NCBI GenBank assembly: GCA_000934665.2
Contig: KZ538642.1
Location: 1-56,914, forward strand
Direction: 5' to 3'
DNA: 56,914 nucleotides
Source: Catajapyx aquilonaris
Lineage: Eukaryota
This document shows, one piece after another, positions 28,501-41,216 of the stretch. Every line of letters starts with the position of its first letter. Position 1 is the stretch's first letter. Made by a program: the position numbers and the translations under genes. The notes below the pieces were generated by a model. That model was given only the letters and a program-made list of their open reading frames with translations, searched no databases and had not been told where the DNA came from.

Positions 28501-31500
28501 CGGGAAAATTTGTTGGTATGTTTGTATATGTCTGGGCTGCATATAAGCAACCGGCCCATTAGGGGTGTGTATCCGCTGAAGATATGGCTGTATCCGCAAG
28601 GTTAGGTTAGTTTAAGGCCGGTTGCGGGGACTACCTACGATTTGCTTATATGCGGACTACTGAGAGTAGTTAGTTATAATATGTAATTGTAATTTCAGGT
28701 GCTGAGGAAATGCGAGGGATCTTCCAGTGAAATCGAGCGTATCCAGGATCTGTTTCCGGGTGACCACCTCCTCCTCCACGAGAAGGATGTCTTCAGCATT
28801 GTAAGTTGCCAGGCGACCACACTCTCAATTGTCGGCTGCTTGTATTTATTTAAAAATGTCGCTTTTTGTGCTTCTCCAGAAGATGAAAGGTCTGATGCGG
28901 AAGAGGTCAACCACAGCCGCCAGACTCCAGAGGGCCTTTTCGGCCAAAGCACTTCGCTCTCCTTCCAACGAAAGAAGCAGCAGCGAAGCCAAAGACGTGA
29001 CGCCAACGACGCCCAAGAATGGACAGCCTAAGAGACAGTTCCTCATGGAGACTGCAGTTCAATTCACCACGGTATGATTATAAACTTCCAAATATAGGCA
29101 AAGGGTCACACCTGCCAGGGAAACTGTCAAGGGATTGTCCACCTCCCGTGGACAGCTCCACGTGACCTATAGTGTCTCGAGGGGTCATCCCAGACTGACG
29201 CCCAAATGTTAAAAAGCCTTGGAGACTCATGTCTGTGTCCACCCCAGGGGTTGCAGAGCCAAGAGCGTCACCTTTTCCTCTTCAACGACCTGCTGCTGGT
29301 GGCCAAGGCTCGACCCGGGGGTCATTTCAAGCTGAAGGAGAAGGTGAGGGTGGCCGAGATGTGGACTGCCACCTGCATCGATGAGGTCAGCGAGGTCAGC
29401 AAGCCAGCAGACACCTCCTTCGTTATTGGATGGCCAGTCAGCAATGTGGTGGCCACCTTCAGGTATAAGCCCNCCCCCCAATAATACTATGCATAGCACA
29501 CTCTAATTGTGGCTGGAATGTGGCCTTGGTCACGCTCCAGTAACTCTTCGCACCCGGGTGTGGACTACTGCTGCTTTGAGACTCGACCATTCAAGTTACT
29601 AGCACTTCCTTCTTAACGAAAAGAGACAAAGGGTTAAAACCAGCTCTTGGGAAAACCACTGCCCTCCTGGTGCACCTGAAGGATGCACGGTGCAAGCGGC
29701 GTTGCCGTTTGACCTGAAGGGCAAGTCAGGTAGCCATTGGGTCAAAAACGGGTATGGCACACGCGCCTTTTGGTGGGCGGGACACGCTTGAGGACACTTT
29801 TAGAGCAGCTTGCTTGGGTCAGTCAGAGAGTCATGTCGATGGTGAAAAGGTTCTTCGGGAGGTTGACCCGGGTTAGGGCACCGGCCAGCCCTGTGCTGAC
29901 CAGGTGGACCCCAATGCGGAGGTCGTCAAAGCAGCAGCGGTCACGTCACAGTCGGAAGGGGGGTCAGAGGTCACGGGGCTCACCACGTGCCGGTTCTTCC
30001 AGCTCGATGGCCACTCGTGACCTGTGGTGGACCAAGCTGAGCCAAGTCATCGGGGAGGAGCTGGACAAAGAGGCCAAGGCCACCAACATCCAAGTGCTCT
30101 ACTACGACGCCCCCAGCAACGTCGAATACGTAAGTGTTCCCATGTGAACCGTGTACCTAAATACCACAGATATTGGCTTCACGGAACGTTATTCCAACTG
30201 TGATCTGGAAGAACGGTCCTGCAGGTACAGTACATGAGCCTGGTGTCCTACAAAGCCCAGTATTATTTTCACACCCGGTAATGACCGTGGTTGTATTGTG
30301 CTGTATTTGTTGCACGACCTGTCACTACCCGCTACAACTATTCATAGGAAGGTGACCTGGGTACTCGCGACAATCTATTTTTGCAATATCGGGACCGAAT
30401 ATTGCAGGGGTATGGGCACGCTGTACTAACCTACTCCTTCAGCGGATACACCCCATTCAGCGGATACACCCTATCTTTCAGCGGATACGAGCCTAGGAAA
30501 ATAAGTAACAGTGCGGGGTCTCCCGATATTTTTGCATACTTGTAGATGCCCTAATAGTAACATTTCCTAGTCCAAATATTGACGCGTTTATCAGAAATTG
30601 TCCGTTATTTTTAATCAGCCTTTATCTCACATCTAGTTAGTTTGCTAAGAAAAAACAATAATGCTGGTAGATATCTGAAGGGAACGTAAATAAACTGACA
30701 CTTGACCTCCAGTGGCCGGCTGGGCACTTATCTGGCATCATCTCCCCGATAGCACGCCTTGAGTCATGTTTAGCCATGAGTGGTGACATTCTTCATGGCC
30801 AGTATGTGAGTGAGTGTGTGGGTGCGGGTTATGCGTGTGATTAGGATGCGGAATCAGGCATCTTGCACGTTGTGCTGCATTAGGAGGAACTTCTTTCTCT
30901 TCTTCTTCTTCTTCTTTTTTGGAGGGTGCAAGGTGTTATCGCTTGTGAGGGCCAAAGTGGGGACAAGGTGATTAGCAAATGGCTTGGTGCTGGAATGTTG
31001 CACTACCTGGAGAGAAATGGACATGGAAAGTGAGTGGATGTCGCCCAGCAGGCGGCCGGGGTTATGTCCGGATTTTTAGGGAAATTTTGGGGGGTTGCTA
31101 GGTATGGTCATATGGAAGCTGCCGGCGAATGATGCAATCCAAAATTTGGAATTAAATATTAATTGTCAGTAATATGATACCGGTATCGTAATTATTATAT
31201 AATTGTTAATATTATATTAGGTCCCGACATGCCGGGGCTGAATTGCACTCCCTACTCTGCCCAGGGCCAGGAGAAAAGGTCTTTCAGAAAGTGGGAACCT
31301 CCCACTTCCCCCCCTAAAAGGCTCCGCCCTATCACTGGGTATTTCAAAGTAATAAATTAATTAATTAATAATATTAGGTTGTCTGCAATGAGTGTTGATA
31401 TCAATTAACCCAACGTTGTCTCCACAGTGCAAGACCGTGACCGTGGGCAGCAGAGAGAGTGCGCAGACTGCAGTGAAGATGGCCGTGGAGCACCTAGACC

Positions 31501-34192
31501 TGGGTTCGGCTTGTCCGGTGGAGGCTTGCGGGTGGCAGCTGTGGGTCCGGGCCACTGGTGAGGAGTCACCGTATCCACTGGTGGGTCATGAGCGACCACT
31601 TGCCATCAAGATGAAGTGTCTGAGAGAAGCTGGCCTGGATGACACTGTGCTCAACCTGGATCACTGCAACAATGTGTATGGGGCTGGCTGCCAGTTCCTG
31701 CTCAGGCGGGTCAGGAAGGAGCCCACCGCAATCATGGCACCCGCTCCTACCTCGGCTGAGAACAACAACAAGAAGGGGAAGGGCAAGACCAGGCGGTCGC
31801 CACTCAAGATCCAGAAGATGTTCAGGAGGTCCAAGTCACAGTCGGTGGATAGCGGGTTGGGGACGCCTTGTGGGCAGCTATTTGGGTTGCCGCTGGCCAG
31901 AGTGTCAGATGCGGACATGCCTCCCAAGCCAGTGGTGGCCATGCTCCAGCAGCTGTTCCTCAAAGGTCCCTTCACACATGGGATCTTCAGGCGGAGTGCC
32001 AATGCCAGGCTGGTCAGGGAGGTCAGGGAGCGACTGGACTCAGGCCTTCAGGAGGATTTGGATGCAGTGCATGTGGTCGTGGTGGCAGCACTGTTTAAGG
32101 ACTTCTTGAGGTCACTGCCTGATGCTCTGCTCGGCACGCAGCTGTATGACATGTGGTTGGATGCAGCTGATGCTGACACTGAAAAGGAGAGGTTGAGCAG
32201 GGTGCACCGACTGTGCCAGAGGTTGCCGATGGCTAATGTCAACCTGCTGAGGCACTTCCTATGTGTGCTGCATCACATTGCCAGGCGCAGTGCAGACAAC
32301 ATGATGTCTGCGGCCAACCTGGCTGTGTGTGTGGGCCCTAGTCTGCTGTGGTCGTCTGGAGGAGCACCATCCAGCCCATCCTCACCTCAGTCGCCTTCGC
32401 CATCGCTGGTGGCTGCAGAGGCTGCAGCTGCCTCCAGGGCTGTGCCTTCACTGGTCCAGCTTCTGATCGAGAGATGTGTGGACCTCTTTGGCAGTGGAAC
32501 ACTCCACCTGTTTGGGGCTGCTCCAGAGAGGGACCTCTCCAGGCAGGACAGCGGGGCTGAAGAATCTGACAGCCTTCACAGCTGTAAGTTTTGAGTTAAT
32601 TTGATTACTACTAATGAAATGGAAAGGGCCAGTTGCATAAGGGTAGATACGTAGTGTACGATATGCAGCAGATTTAGCCTTGTTAATTGGGAATCAGTTA
32701 ATTGCAGTCTTCCAAATATTAATGATGGCCTTAATTTTCAGCAGGTGGTCACCGTAGAGATGACTCCTCCATCGACAGCTTGGAGCGTGAATTTCTGGTG
32801 GATGGGGGTGAGCCAGGTCTGCTCCCCCGGCAAGACAAGATGTCGCTGACCAACCTGTCCCGCGACTCAGGCCTCACCATGTCTGATTCCCAGCTATACA
32901 CCCCAGATGAAGAGGAAAGTGAGTCCACCAGCTCAGGGCACAGCAGCGGAGACAAGAGCAGCAGTAGCGGGTATGGCCCAGCTGCCAATGGGAACCCCAC
33001 TGCACCACCAAGGGTATACTCGCCTGTGTACAAGCCTCGGGAGAGACCAACTGAGTACTACCACACCAAGCTGACAGCAACCTATTCGCACCCTGGCCAG
33101 CAGCAGCAGCAGCAGCAATGGGAAGGGCAGAATGGAACGGTGGTAAACTCCCACTTCCAAAGGCACGACTGGTTCCGGCGCAAGTCACACCTGAGACGTG
33201 GTGCCCCCAACGTGGTTAGGAAGGAAGAGCTGTCCGGCAAGGAGTTGGCTCTGAGGCGGAGTGCATCCGAGGAGTCTATTCTCAGCCAGTGCAGCGGGTA
33301 CCATCAGGTTCCAAAGCGCCCTGCCATGCATAGGAAGGGACGGGCACCTCCACCACCTGTGCCACCGCAGAAACCTCCTAGGACCGGTGCAGCCACCCCA
33401 GGTGTACCACTGATGCCCAGGTCCAAATCAGCACACAATTTGGACTCAGATGGCCTCACCCTGGGCCTAGTCGGATCACGTGGGCTACTGCGAAGCACTC
33501 CACACATCGTGGCTGGCGACTGCTCATATGATTCGTCCACGCTGTCCGATGATGACTCAACACCTCATGTGTCCAGGTCCAACTCTCGGGGTAAGGACTG
33601 TGGGGGTGACAGCTTCAGCACTGCCAGCAGCAGCAATGCTAGCACTTTGGTGCCAGCCACTCCACCACCACCTGCCGAGAAGCAGCGGATGATGAGCGCC
33701 AAGGCAAAGCAGTTGTATGAGGAGTCGCTCAGGATATACCGAGAGCAGGGTGCTAACACAGAGGAGGAAGTGGTGCATGCAGCACCAGTAAGGGTCGACA
33801 GCCAAGAAGAGGATGACGAACCTCCCAGGGCAAGGGTTGAACGGAGGGGTCGTTCTGCACGCCGTGGTTGGACCGCATCACGTTCCAAGTCACTACCACC
33901 TGCGGAGCATGAGGAGGAGCCACCACCACCGCCAACGCCTGTCAACCTACGGAGTGAGATCAGCTGGTGTGTGTCCGAACTGCGTGCCTTGTATGACCGC
34001 CACCATGGGCCACCCCCATACCGTCCGCCACCTCCACTGTCCATACCTAGCCACCGTGCTCCCATCACATCCTACCACCTGGGAAACTCTCAGTCAGAGC
34101 TGTACGTCACACAGAGGATGCGACGTGCACATCGTGAACACCACAACGGTGCAGACCAGGAGAGTAATTGCGGTGAAGAGTCGTATGTCTAG
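22750..34192 (+). CDS. ARHGAP20: ARHGAP20-like Rho GTPase-activating protein (5'-partial; DH-like C-terminal fragment + PH + RA + RhoGAP + long disordered tail), 7 exons visible, about 1117 aa
   Basis: Exons 22750-22860, 28699-28800, 28880-29071, 29248-29462, 30003-30129, 31428-32583, 32742-34192, all with GT-AG boundaries and compatible phases (3354 nt, ends TAG). Motifs recalled from vertebrate ARHGAP20: GLQSQERHLFLFNDLLLVAK...MWTATCIDEVSE...SFVIGWPVSNVVATFSS (PH), QLWVRATGEESPYPLVGHERPLAIKM (RA), GIFRRSA arginine finger, KDFLRSLP and NLAVCVGPSL (RhoGAP). No start codon or upstream coding exon found in the window. Confidence 0.92.
25511..25543. repeat. (CAT)11 microsatellite
   Basis: Direct reading; intronic. 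Confidence 0.9.
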
Positions 34193-35762
34193 CCAAAATC
34201 GCTCACTATACAATGTGCCACAAGAACACTAAAAAGAGGGGAAAAGAAAGACAACTACCTCTCTTTTTTGCATTTACTGTAAATATTTTTCTTTAGCATG
34301 GTCTAGTGGCAGAGTATGTTCCAAGCTTTAACATGGGAATAGGGAATGACTCGCCTGTACATAAACTTGGACCCGCAGTGTACTTGTAAAGATGAATCTT
34401 TTTCGTGTTCTCCACCCACCTGCCGCACCTTTTGGAGATTAATGAAAAAATGCGCTGTTGGAGATAGTGTGTAATCTAACCATACTTCTCTGCATGCATT
34501 TATGCTCTGCTACTCTCATCTTGTTTTACTTAAGTGAACATGCTCACGGAGACATATTTCTCACTTATATTGACCCTGGAGTGATTCACAAACTACGTCA
34601 CCTGAATTGGGCAAGAGGTACTTACAATATTGCTGAATTTATTGTGTGACCTAACTTGTGAGTACTTCTATTACAGAGATATGTACTGTCCTTAACATTT
34701 TATATCTCTTTGTATTCTGTTGTAAAATACACGCATATCAGAGAAAACGCTGGCTGACTTGTATTTTAATTTTTGCCATTTTTTTCAGATTTTAAACTGG
34801 CACTGGTGAAAGCGGGTGAAAGGAACCATCCATAATTGAAGGGTCGCCTTTTCCCGCCACATTTTTGCATCTTTTTTTTCTAGAAATATTAAGTCTAACT
34901 TTTAGTGTATGTTGCATATATGTGCATAGACCTGCTTAAGGAAATTAAGTGAAAACTCTTTAGTTATGCACCGAGACTGACTGTGAGTGACAAATTCTGG
35001 CCAAATAAGATTAAAGATATTCAATAATTTGTTAAAAAATTTCAGTGTTTCAGTAATTGTTCAGACCAAAAATATCTTACATTTGAATATTGTCGTCTGT
35101 GACCCTTACATATTACGTAAGGGATACAGACTGAAACACTATATTATAGAGCATATAGTCGTTTGGCTCATTAAACGATCTAATTAGGATGTTAGGCCTC
35201 TCCAGTTCCACACATTTCAACACAATACAACATGGACTACCACAATCACAGGTAAACAGCCCAGCGTGCTATGCCGAGCATCAGAACCACTGCACTGGTT
35301 GCAAGTATTGTTAGGTTTTTTTGAGGAGCCAAAGCAACTGAGTCATTAGGCATGGCTTGTCTCTAGGTTGTCTAGGTTACAGTCGACCACTGCACATGAA
35401 AGGCTGCGTTTCATTCCTCTTAAATGAAAATAAAATTACTCTGACTGTGAGTGTAATGAGTACCGGGAACTACCAGAATATGGAGAATTAATCTATACTC
35501 TCTAAGTCTATATCCTTGCTGTGTGGATTGTGGTGTGTTTGCCACTCCTAGAGAAGAAGTAGCCTAGCTACTATGCTGGTGCCCTGGAGAATTTTACAGA
35601 TCAGTCCATCAGTTTTCCCCAAGTCCTGTCCTCCTATTACTCCTATAGGCTATACTATACCAGTAAGTTTATAGGTAATTATTTATAACATGCTGAAAAT
35701 AATTCAATCATTTCGGGGGCCGGGGTTGGTGGAGGGGGGTCGTTTACTTGGTCGTTTATGAC

Positions 35763-36490
35763 TAGAGTCCGGATTTTTAGGCAAATGCCTATTTAGTTCA
35801 TTGACAGTTGGGATCGTTTTGTGAAGAGATCTATCCGTTTAAGTGCAGGATGTGAAAAATGTAGGTTTTATAGTGCCTAAAATGGCCTATTTCGTGGTTG
35901 TGGGAACTCTTTTGCCTATTCTGCCTTTTTGCGACTTTGCATGCCTATATTTGGCCTTTTTTTGGGGTAGTTTTTGAACTTTTTGCAGTAATTATTTCGG
36001 GACTTTTTGGGCCTATTCCGAACCTATATTCCTTCAGAGGCATGTTTGGTTTTTTGAGAAGTATTTTTTTGCCCTCCTGAAAGGACCAAAATTGTTCAGA
36101 AGTAATACGAATCATGTTTTCGTGACACGTATGCGCCAGATATTTTTCTAAATTTTCTTCTGATTTGAAAAATATTTGGCAACATATTGTGCAAGTCTGG
36201 TGCAAATGGAAACTGGCTATAAGTGGTAGAGTCCAGTGATACTTGCTTGCACTTTGTGTCTTTTGCCCAACTTTTGTGATTTTCTGTCACTTCATCGTTG
36301 TTATTCGATTTTTGCTATGGTTTGGGACCTTATATTTAATTATTTATACTTTATGGCTATAGAATTATTCTGGCTTTTTTTATTTTCTGTGTAACATTAT
36401 CCCTGCCCAAAAATGTAAACGTTTTGTGCCTATTTGAGGCTTTTTCGTGCCTATTTCAGGGTTTTTTAGTGCCTAAAAATCCGGACTCTA
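35763..36490. mobile_element. Non-autonomous hAT-like DNA transposon (MITE)
   Basis: Perfect 21-bp TIRs TAGAGTCCGGATTTTTAGGCA / TGCCTAAAAATCCGGACTCTA; repeated GCCTATTT subterminal motifs; 8-bp TTTATGAC on both flanks (right copy offset by 2 T). Confidence 0.8.
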
Positions 36491-37604
36491 TTTTTATGAC
36501 ACCTGATGCACTTAGGCCTACCGTGCGTATCTCAGGAAAGTAACTTCTGAGAACCAGTTGATTGAAGGATACATTATATAGTTATATGGAAATAAACCAA
36601 AGTAATGAAGATGACTTTGGATGAAAAATTCTGGCTTTTCATTGCTCTCATAACGATTTTTATTATGCGTCACTTATGCTATCAAAATTTGAGTTTTGTA
36701 TAGCTTTTAGTGTTGATCTGAATTAACATGACCTGGTTTGAACAAAGTACAGTATAAGAAATCTTCCTTGGCAGTTTCACAACCAGGCTATATCATAATT
36801 TTCAATAAGTTGATAATTGTGATTTTGTTTATGGGCTGCTAGTACAGTAAATTCTTTAAGTACGCATAATTATACTGTAATTCCTAGGTATAGGCCTTCT
36901 GTAGGAAACGACCCATGCAATCATAATCCCACCACCTCCTCCTTACGAATATCGGCTGTCCACCACTATACCACCATCGGGAGATGCACCACGTGACGGT
37001 TTTAGTGCATCCCAAGGTATATATAACATTGACTTATCTGATTCGACTTACTGTTAGATCAGCGTTAGACTTTGCGGCCGCGGCTCTCGCTCCCGTTTAT
37101 CCCAAATGCCTCAACCTCTCTCGATGCGAAGGTGGTAGTTTTTCTATATAGGGTCAGCTGTTGACCGCCTGTGAGCCAAGTCGTCTCTTCAGTGCTCCCG
37201 TGATAGTAACAAGAGACCCTGTGTGCTTGAAGCCATGACAGAGATTTACAATATCGAGCAGGAGTCAAAAGGACAGATACAGGTTCGTATGACGGAAGAT
37301 CATAACCACGGAAGCCCGCAGGTGCAAGCCTCTGTATGCAAAAATATAGTCAATATTTTTATACTTTTAATATAATTATATAATGTATATTGTGTATAGC
37401 AAACAGTATTATTTTCATGAAATTACGCAATGTATTCAGTCCGACAGAGTTTCTGGACCTGATACCCCAAAGTTCTTGAGGTTATAAAGGCGCAAAGGGA
37501 GCATCGTGTCCATTTTTTAAATGTGATAGAAAATAATGTGACATTATAATTTCCAGGAAATAAGGACCGCGAACATCATTGTGCGCAGGTATATACAATG
37601 CGTG

Positions 37605-38374
37605 CAGAGTGTTTCACCAGGTAGGTATAGTCCTCCGCCAAAAATTAGCGTTAATTTTCTGACCACTCTATACCTAGAAACGTGATATTTTGTTTCAAAC
37701 TTATACCTTAGTTCATGCCTCATGAGAATGTAGCACTATATACATTATGTTCTGCAATTATTGACCTCCACCGACATCGACCCATTCGAACACGTGAGAC
37801 GCGAATTTCCTTATATAATCGCAGGTCCTCGGAATCATATCGACATCAATAAGTCGGAATAGCTGCACTGACTGTGAGTGTTTTGGACCAATACAGTGGC
37901 AGATGACCTTCTGAAGAGGAAGAAAATCGAAGAAGTGAAGTAGCCTACAGGCTGCTGGCATCACCCACAATGTCACTAATACGACATTTTGTCACAAGAA
38001 ACTGGGTATTCTGTTTCCATCTGCCAAAAAGGTGCGAATAGGAAATATTATTTGAAGAATTGTGTTTACAACAATAAACCTTGAGGTTAGAAGATTTGGA
38101 AAGCAATATCAATGCAGCGATTCAGGCTGTTGATGAGAATACTGTATGCTGCGGACTGAGAGGAGGATCTGAGATAATACGAAGTGCCACGTCACATCGA
38201 GTGCATATGGAGGTCGGTGAAGGTCAATTCCATCATTTAATGTGAATGGTGTCACATTCCTGTGAACTAAGCCACTAACGTAAGTTTGAAACCAAACATC
38301 ATGTTTCTAGGTATAGTGCGAAGAAAAATATAGCTGATTCTTTGGTCGAGGACTACCTATAGTGAAACATCTTG
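37605..38374 (+). mobile_element. Internally deleted, decayed IS630-Tc1-mariner element with long (~190 bp) TIRs
   Basis: Termini CAGAGTGTTTCAC / GTGAAACATCTTG-TA; arms such as CTATACCTAGAAACGTGATATTTTGTTTCAAACTTA vs TAAGTTTGAAACCAAACATCATGTTTCTAGGTATAG; internal frameshifted relic LKNCVYNNKP..LEDLESNINAAIQAVDE resembling a transposase C-terminus. Confidence 0.7.
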
Positions 38375-39268
38375 TACAACAAAATCGTCTTCCTTACTAT
38401 CACCCTTTCCATGTACTGACACATAAACTACCTCTGTTGCAATGAAGTGATGCAGTTTGTTTGAATTTGTCTGGTTTGGCTTTGTCTACACGAAAAAGTG
38501 TTCTCTGTTCGACCAGGGATCCAAAGGAGGACCTCAGGGATGGAAGCTCGTGACGGTAACCACTGCACCAATATGCCACACCCAATCTGGACTTTGCCTC
38601 GTTGTGATTAAATTAATAGATTAATTGCTGTAAATCACGCTCACCCCCTTCCAGTGCAGTGGTTCTTGATAATAGGTAATGCGCAGCTCTGATGTATCAT
38701 GTTATCATTCTGTTGTCTCTGTGCAGATTAAGCTACTAACAGATAAACTGCAGACATTGTGACATCTCCCAATTATCGATTTATGGCAACACAATTTGAA
38801 TATGCATAATTTAATATTTTTTTACTGTCCCAATCCAATCAGCAATATTCAACTGCTGTGAAGAACAGGACGGCGGCTTATTGAAAGTATTATGCACTTC
38901 GAGCCAAAAGCGATTTTAAATTTTTTTCGTGATGTACGCACCGTAAGGAGCATTTTGAGGGTTTCAGCCACCTCCAAAGGTGTCTGGTAATTGTTGTACA
39001 CCCCAGCAAAGTTTTATATGTGGCATAAGTGAAAATCGCGTGTTATCTGCGTATTTGTTGGGCTACGGTGGTGTCATTTCCCATGTTTTCAGGGTCTAGA
39101 AACTCAATTCTGGCAAAATCAGGTCGTTATAAGTGAAACCTGTCCATAACGGACCCTGAGTGTGACGGAAACCTGTCCATTCCGATTTTTTTAAAAGAAC
39201 GGACATATGGACACGTCATGCATTCGCGGTATACTCCGAAATGAAAGTGAGTCCAGCCGGAATTTTCC

Positions 39269-39285
39269 CCAATCAGAGGCGGGAG
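39269..39285 (+). promoter_or_regulatory. Putative TK proximal promoter: CCAAT box plus E2F/GC-like site
   Basis: CCAATC (39269-39274) and GGCGGGAG (39278-39285) about 45-60 nt upstream of the ATG; this pairing is typical of S-phase genes. Confidence 0.35.
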
Positions 39286-39327
39286 CAGTCGTCCTAGGTG
39301 ACAGCCTCTGGCCAAAGGTGTTTCATA

Positions 39328-40722
39328 ATGTCCAGTTCGAGTGATGACGGCCAAATTCAGGTACAGTTGAAGTAGTCCGCCGTACTTCCTCTTTCCCCTC
39401 ACATACACAATGGTCCACAATATAATGTCCCTGTCCGGACAATATTTGAATCAGTTGTTTCAAAAACGACTTGCAAACTGTGTGTGCTCTGAACCTTCTG
39501 GACTTCCGTACTTCTGTGCTTCCATAGTTATGCCATCAGTCACGTTGCATCAAGTGCGATATGATTAATCCCTCACGGTCATGTGTATGTGCAGGTCATA
39601 TTTGGCCCGATGTTTAGCGGCAAGACCGCTGAGCTGCTGAAGCGAGTGAAAAGGTACGAGATTCCCGAGCACAGGTGCCTGGTAGTGAAGCATTCCAAGG
39701 AGGACCAGCCCTACATCCTCAAGATCCACGACGTACTCTCCGGCGATGCCACGACCACGACCATCCGTACCCAGACCCTCGTTCCGGTGAGGCCCATTGC
39801 AAGCAACTGCACTGTGCTGGGGATCGACGACGGCCAATTCGTAAGTTGGCCTACAGCATGGATCAGATTTACTGTTTTAAGTGCGTCCATACAAATTGCA
39901 CGACCTTTGCATATGTCTCGAGCTCCGCACAAAGTGCTTGCTGGAAGATGGCTACTCTCTGGGCAATCCACAAAGTGAATTTGCATGGCGGTCTGGGGTA
40001 GGTGAAACATGCATGGGGCGTACAGTAGGCTACATGTCATGTTAGGCTCTTAGATTGCACAGCTTGATATCTTCTCAGGTAATTATTTTGTTCTTGGTAA
40101 CAATGCTGTGGAGTAGATAACCAGAGGTAACACCTGGCCTTATACAGTAGGCCTAATAATAATATTACGGTAATTGGTTTTGTACAGCGCCCATACTCGG
40201 CAATGGGCACTTTATGTCTTGCCTGACGATTGTGAAAAAACAATTTTGCCTGCCAATTGAAGTTTTACGTGTTTTACTTATTGGTATTTATTTTATGAAT
40301 ACAGTTTCCGGACATAGTGGAGTTCTGTGAAGACATGGCACAAAGCGGAAAGACTGTGATCGTAGCAGCCCTGGATGGAACCTTTGAGCGCAAAGGATTC
40401 AATGGCATCCTGGGCCTGGTGCCACTGGCAGAGCAAGTAACCAAGCTCTCTGCTGTTTGCAGGCGTTGCAGTTCTGTTCATGCCCCTTACACTCTGAGGC
40501 TTGGATGTGAAACAGAGGTAAGAACGTAAAGCATTCTGGGGACGGTGAGGTGGCCGAGATGGTAACGTCTCGGCTTGCTCTGCGAAAGGTCCGGGAGTAA
40601 CCTTTCGCTTGTGTAAGTGCGGGTCTCTGGCACGGAGTCCGAAGAAAAAACTGAAAATTATTCAAATGGTGGTAATCCACTCCCCTAAAAGGGCTTCGTT
40701 CCCTCCAATGGGGTTATATAAA

Positions 40723-40758
<36 letters not shown>

Positions 40759-40973
40759 TAAATAAAAATCATTTTTGTGGTCGTCCAAGCCATTGACATT
40801 ATTTTGTGTTGGGAATGTTGGTCCGATATGTTACATTGATGTTCCTTACTTACCTGAATAAGTGTCAATGCTTGTTTCAGGTTGAAATCGTCGGTGGTTC
40901 TGGGAGCTACATGGCTGTGTGCCGGAAATGCTATTATTCAGCAACAAACTCGAATGAAACTATGGAATGTTAA
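39328..40973 (+). CDS. TK1: Cytosolic thymidine kinase (TK1 / type II family), 194 aa, 4 exons
   Basis: Exons 39328-39360 ([11 protein letters not shown]), 39595-39840, 40305-40517, 40881-40973, all phase 0 GT-AG. P-loop [47 protein letters not shown], Zn-binding CRRC and CRKC. AATAAA at 40995-41000. Confidence 0.93.
40538..40767 (+). mobile_element. Degenerate tRNA-derived SINE in TK intron 3
   Basis: A-box-like TGGCCGAGATGG (40551-40562), B box not recognisable, 3' (TAAG)n/(TAAA)n tail. Confidence 0.45.
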
Positions 40974-41158
40974 GACTTGATTGCTCATTGTGATAATAAA
41001 TTATACTCGGATTGAACTTACTGTGATATAGTACTCGGCAACTATTGTGGGACACTGTGTCATCAATGTAAGCGCAATTGCAATTTATCAACTTCTCTAT
41101 GAAGTTATCCTGCAGGGGCGTAGCTACCAGGGGTGTGTGTGTGTGTGGGGGGGGGGGG

Positions 41159-41216
41159 NNNNNNNNNNNNNNNNNNNNNNNNNNNNNNNNNNNNNNNNNN
41201 NNNNNNNNNNNNNNNN
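41159..41216. other. Assembly gap
   Basis: Run of N next to a poly-G tract. Confidence 0.99.

Noticed and set aside
31405..34232. Overlapping alternative-frame and antisense ORFs in the large RhoGAP exons
   Set aside because: Shadow ORFs caused by GC-rich codon usage of the real frame.
38505..38580. tRNA-like sequence on the minus strand
   Set aside because: A box present but B box decayed and no cloverleaf; probably an old SINE head, too weak to call.
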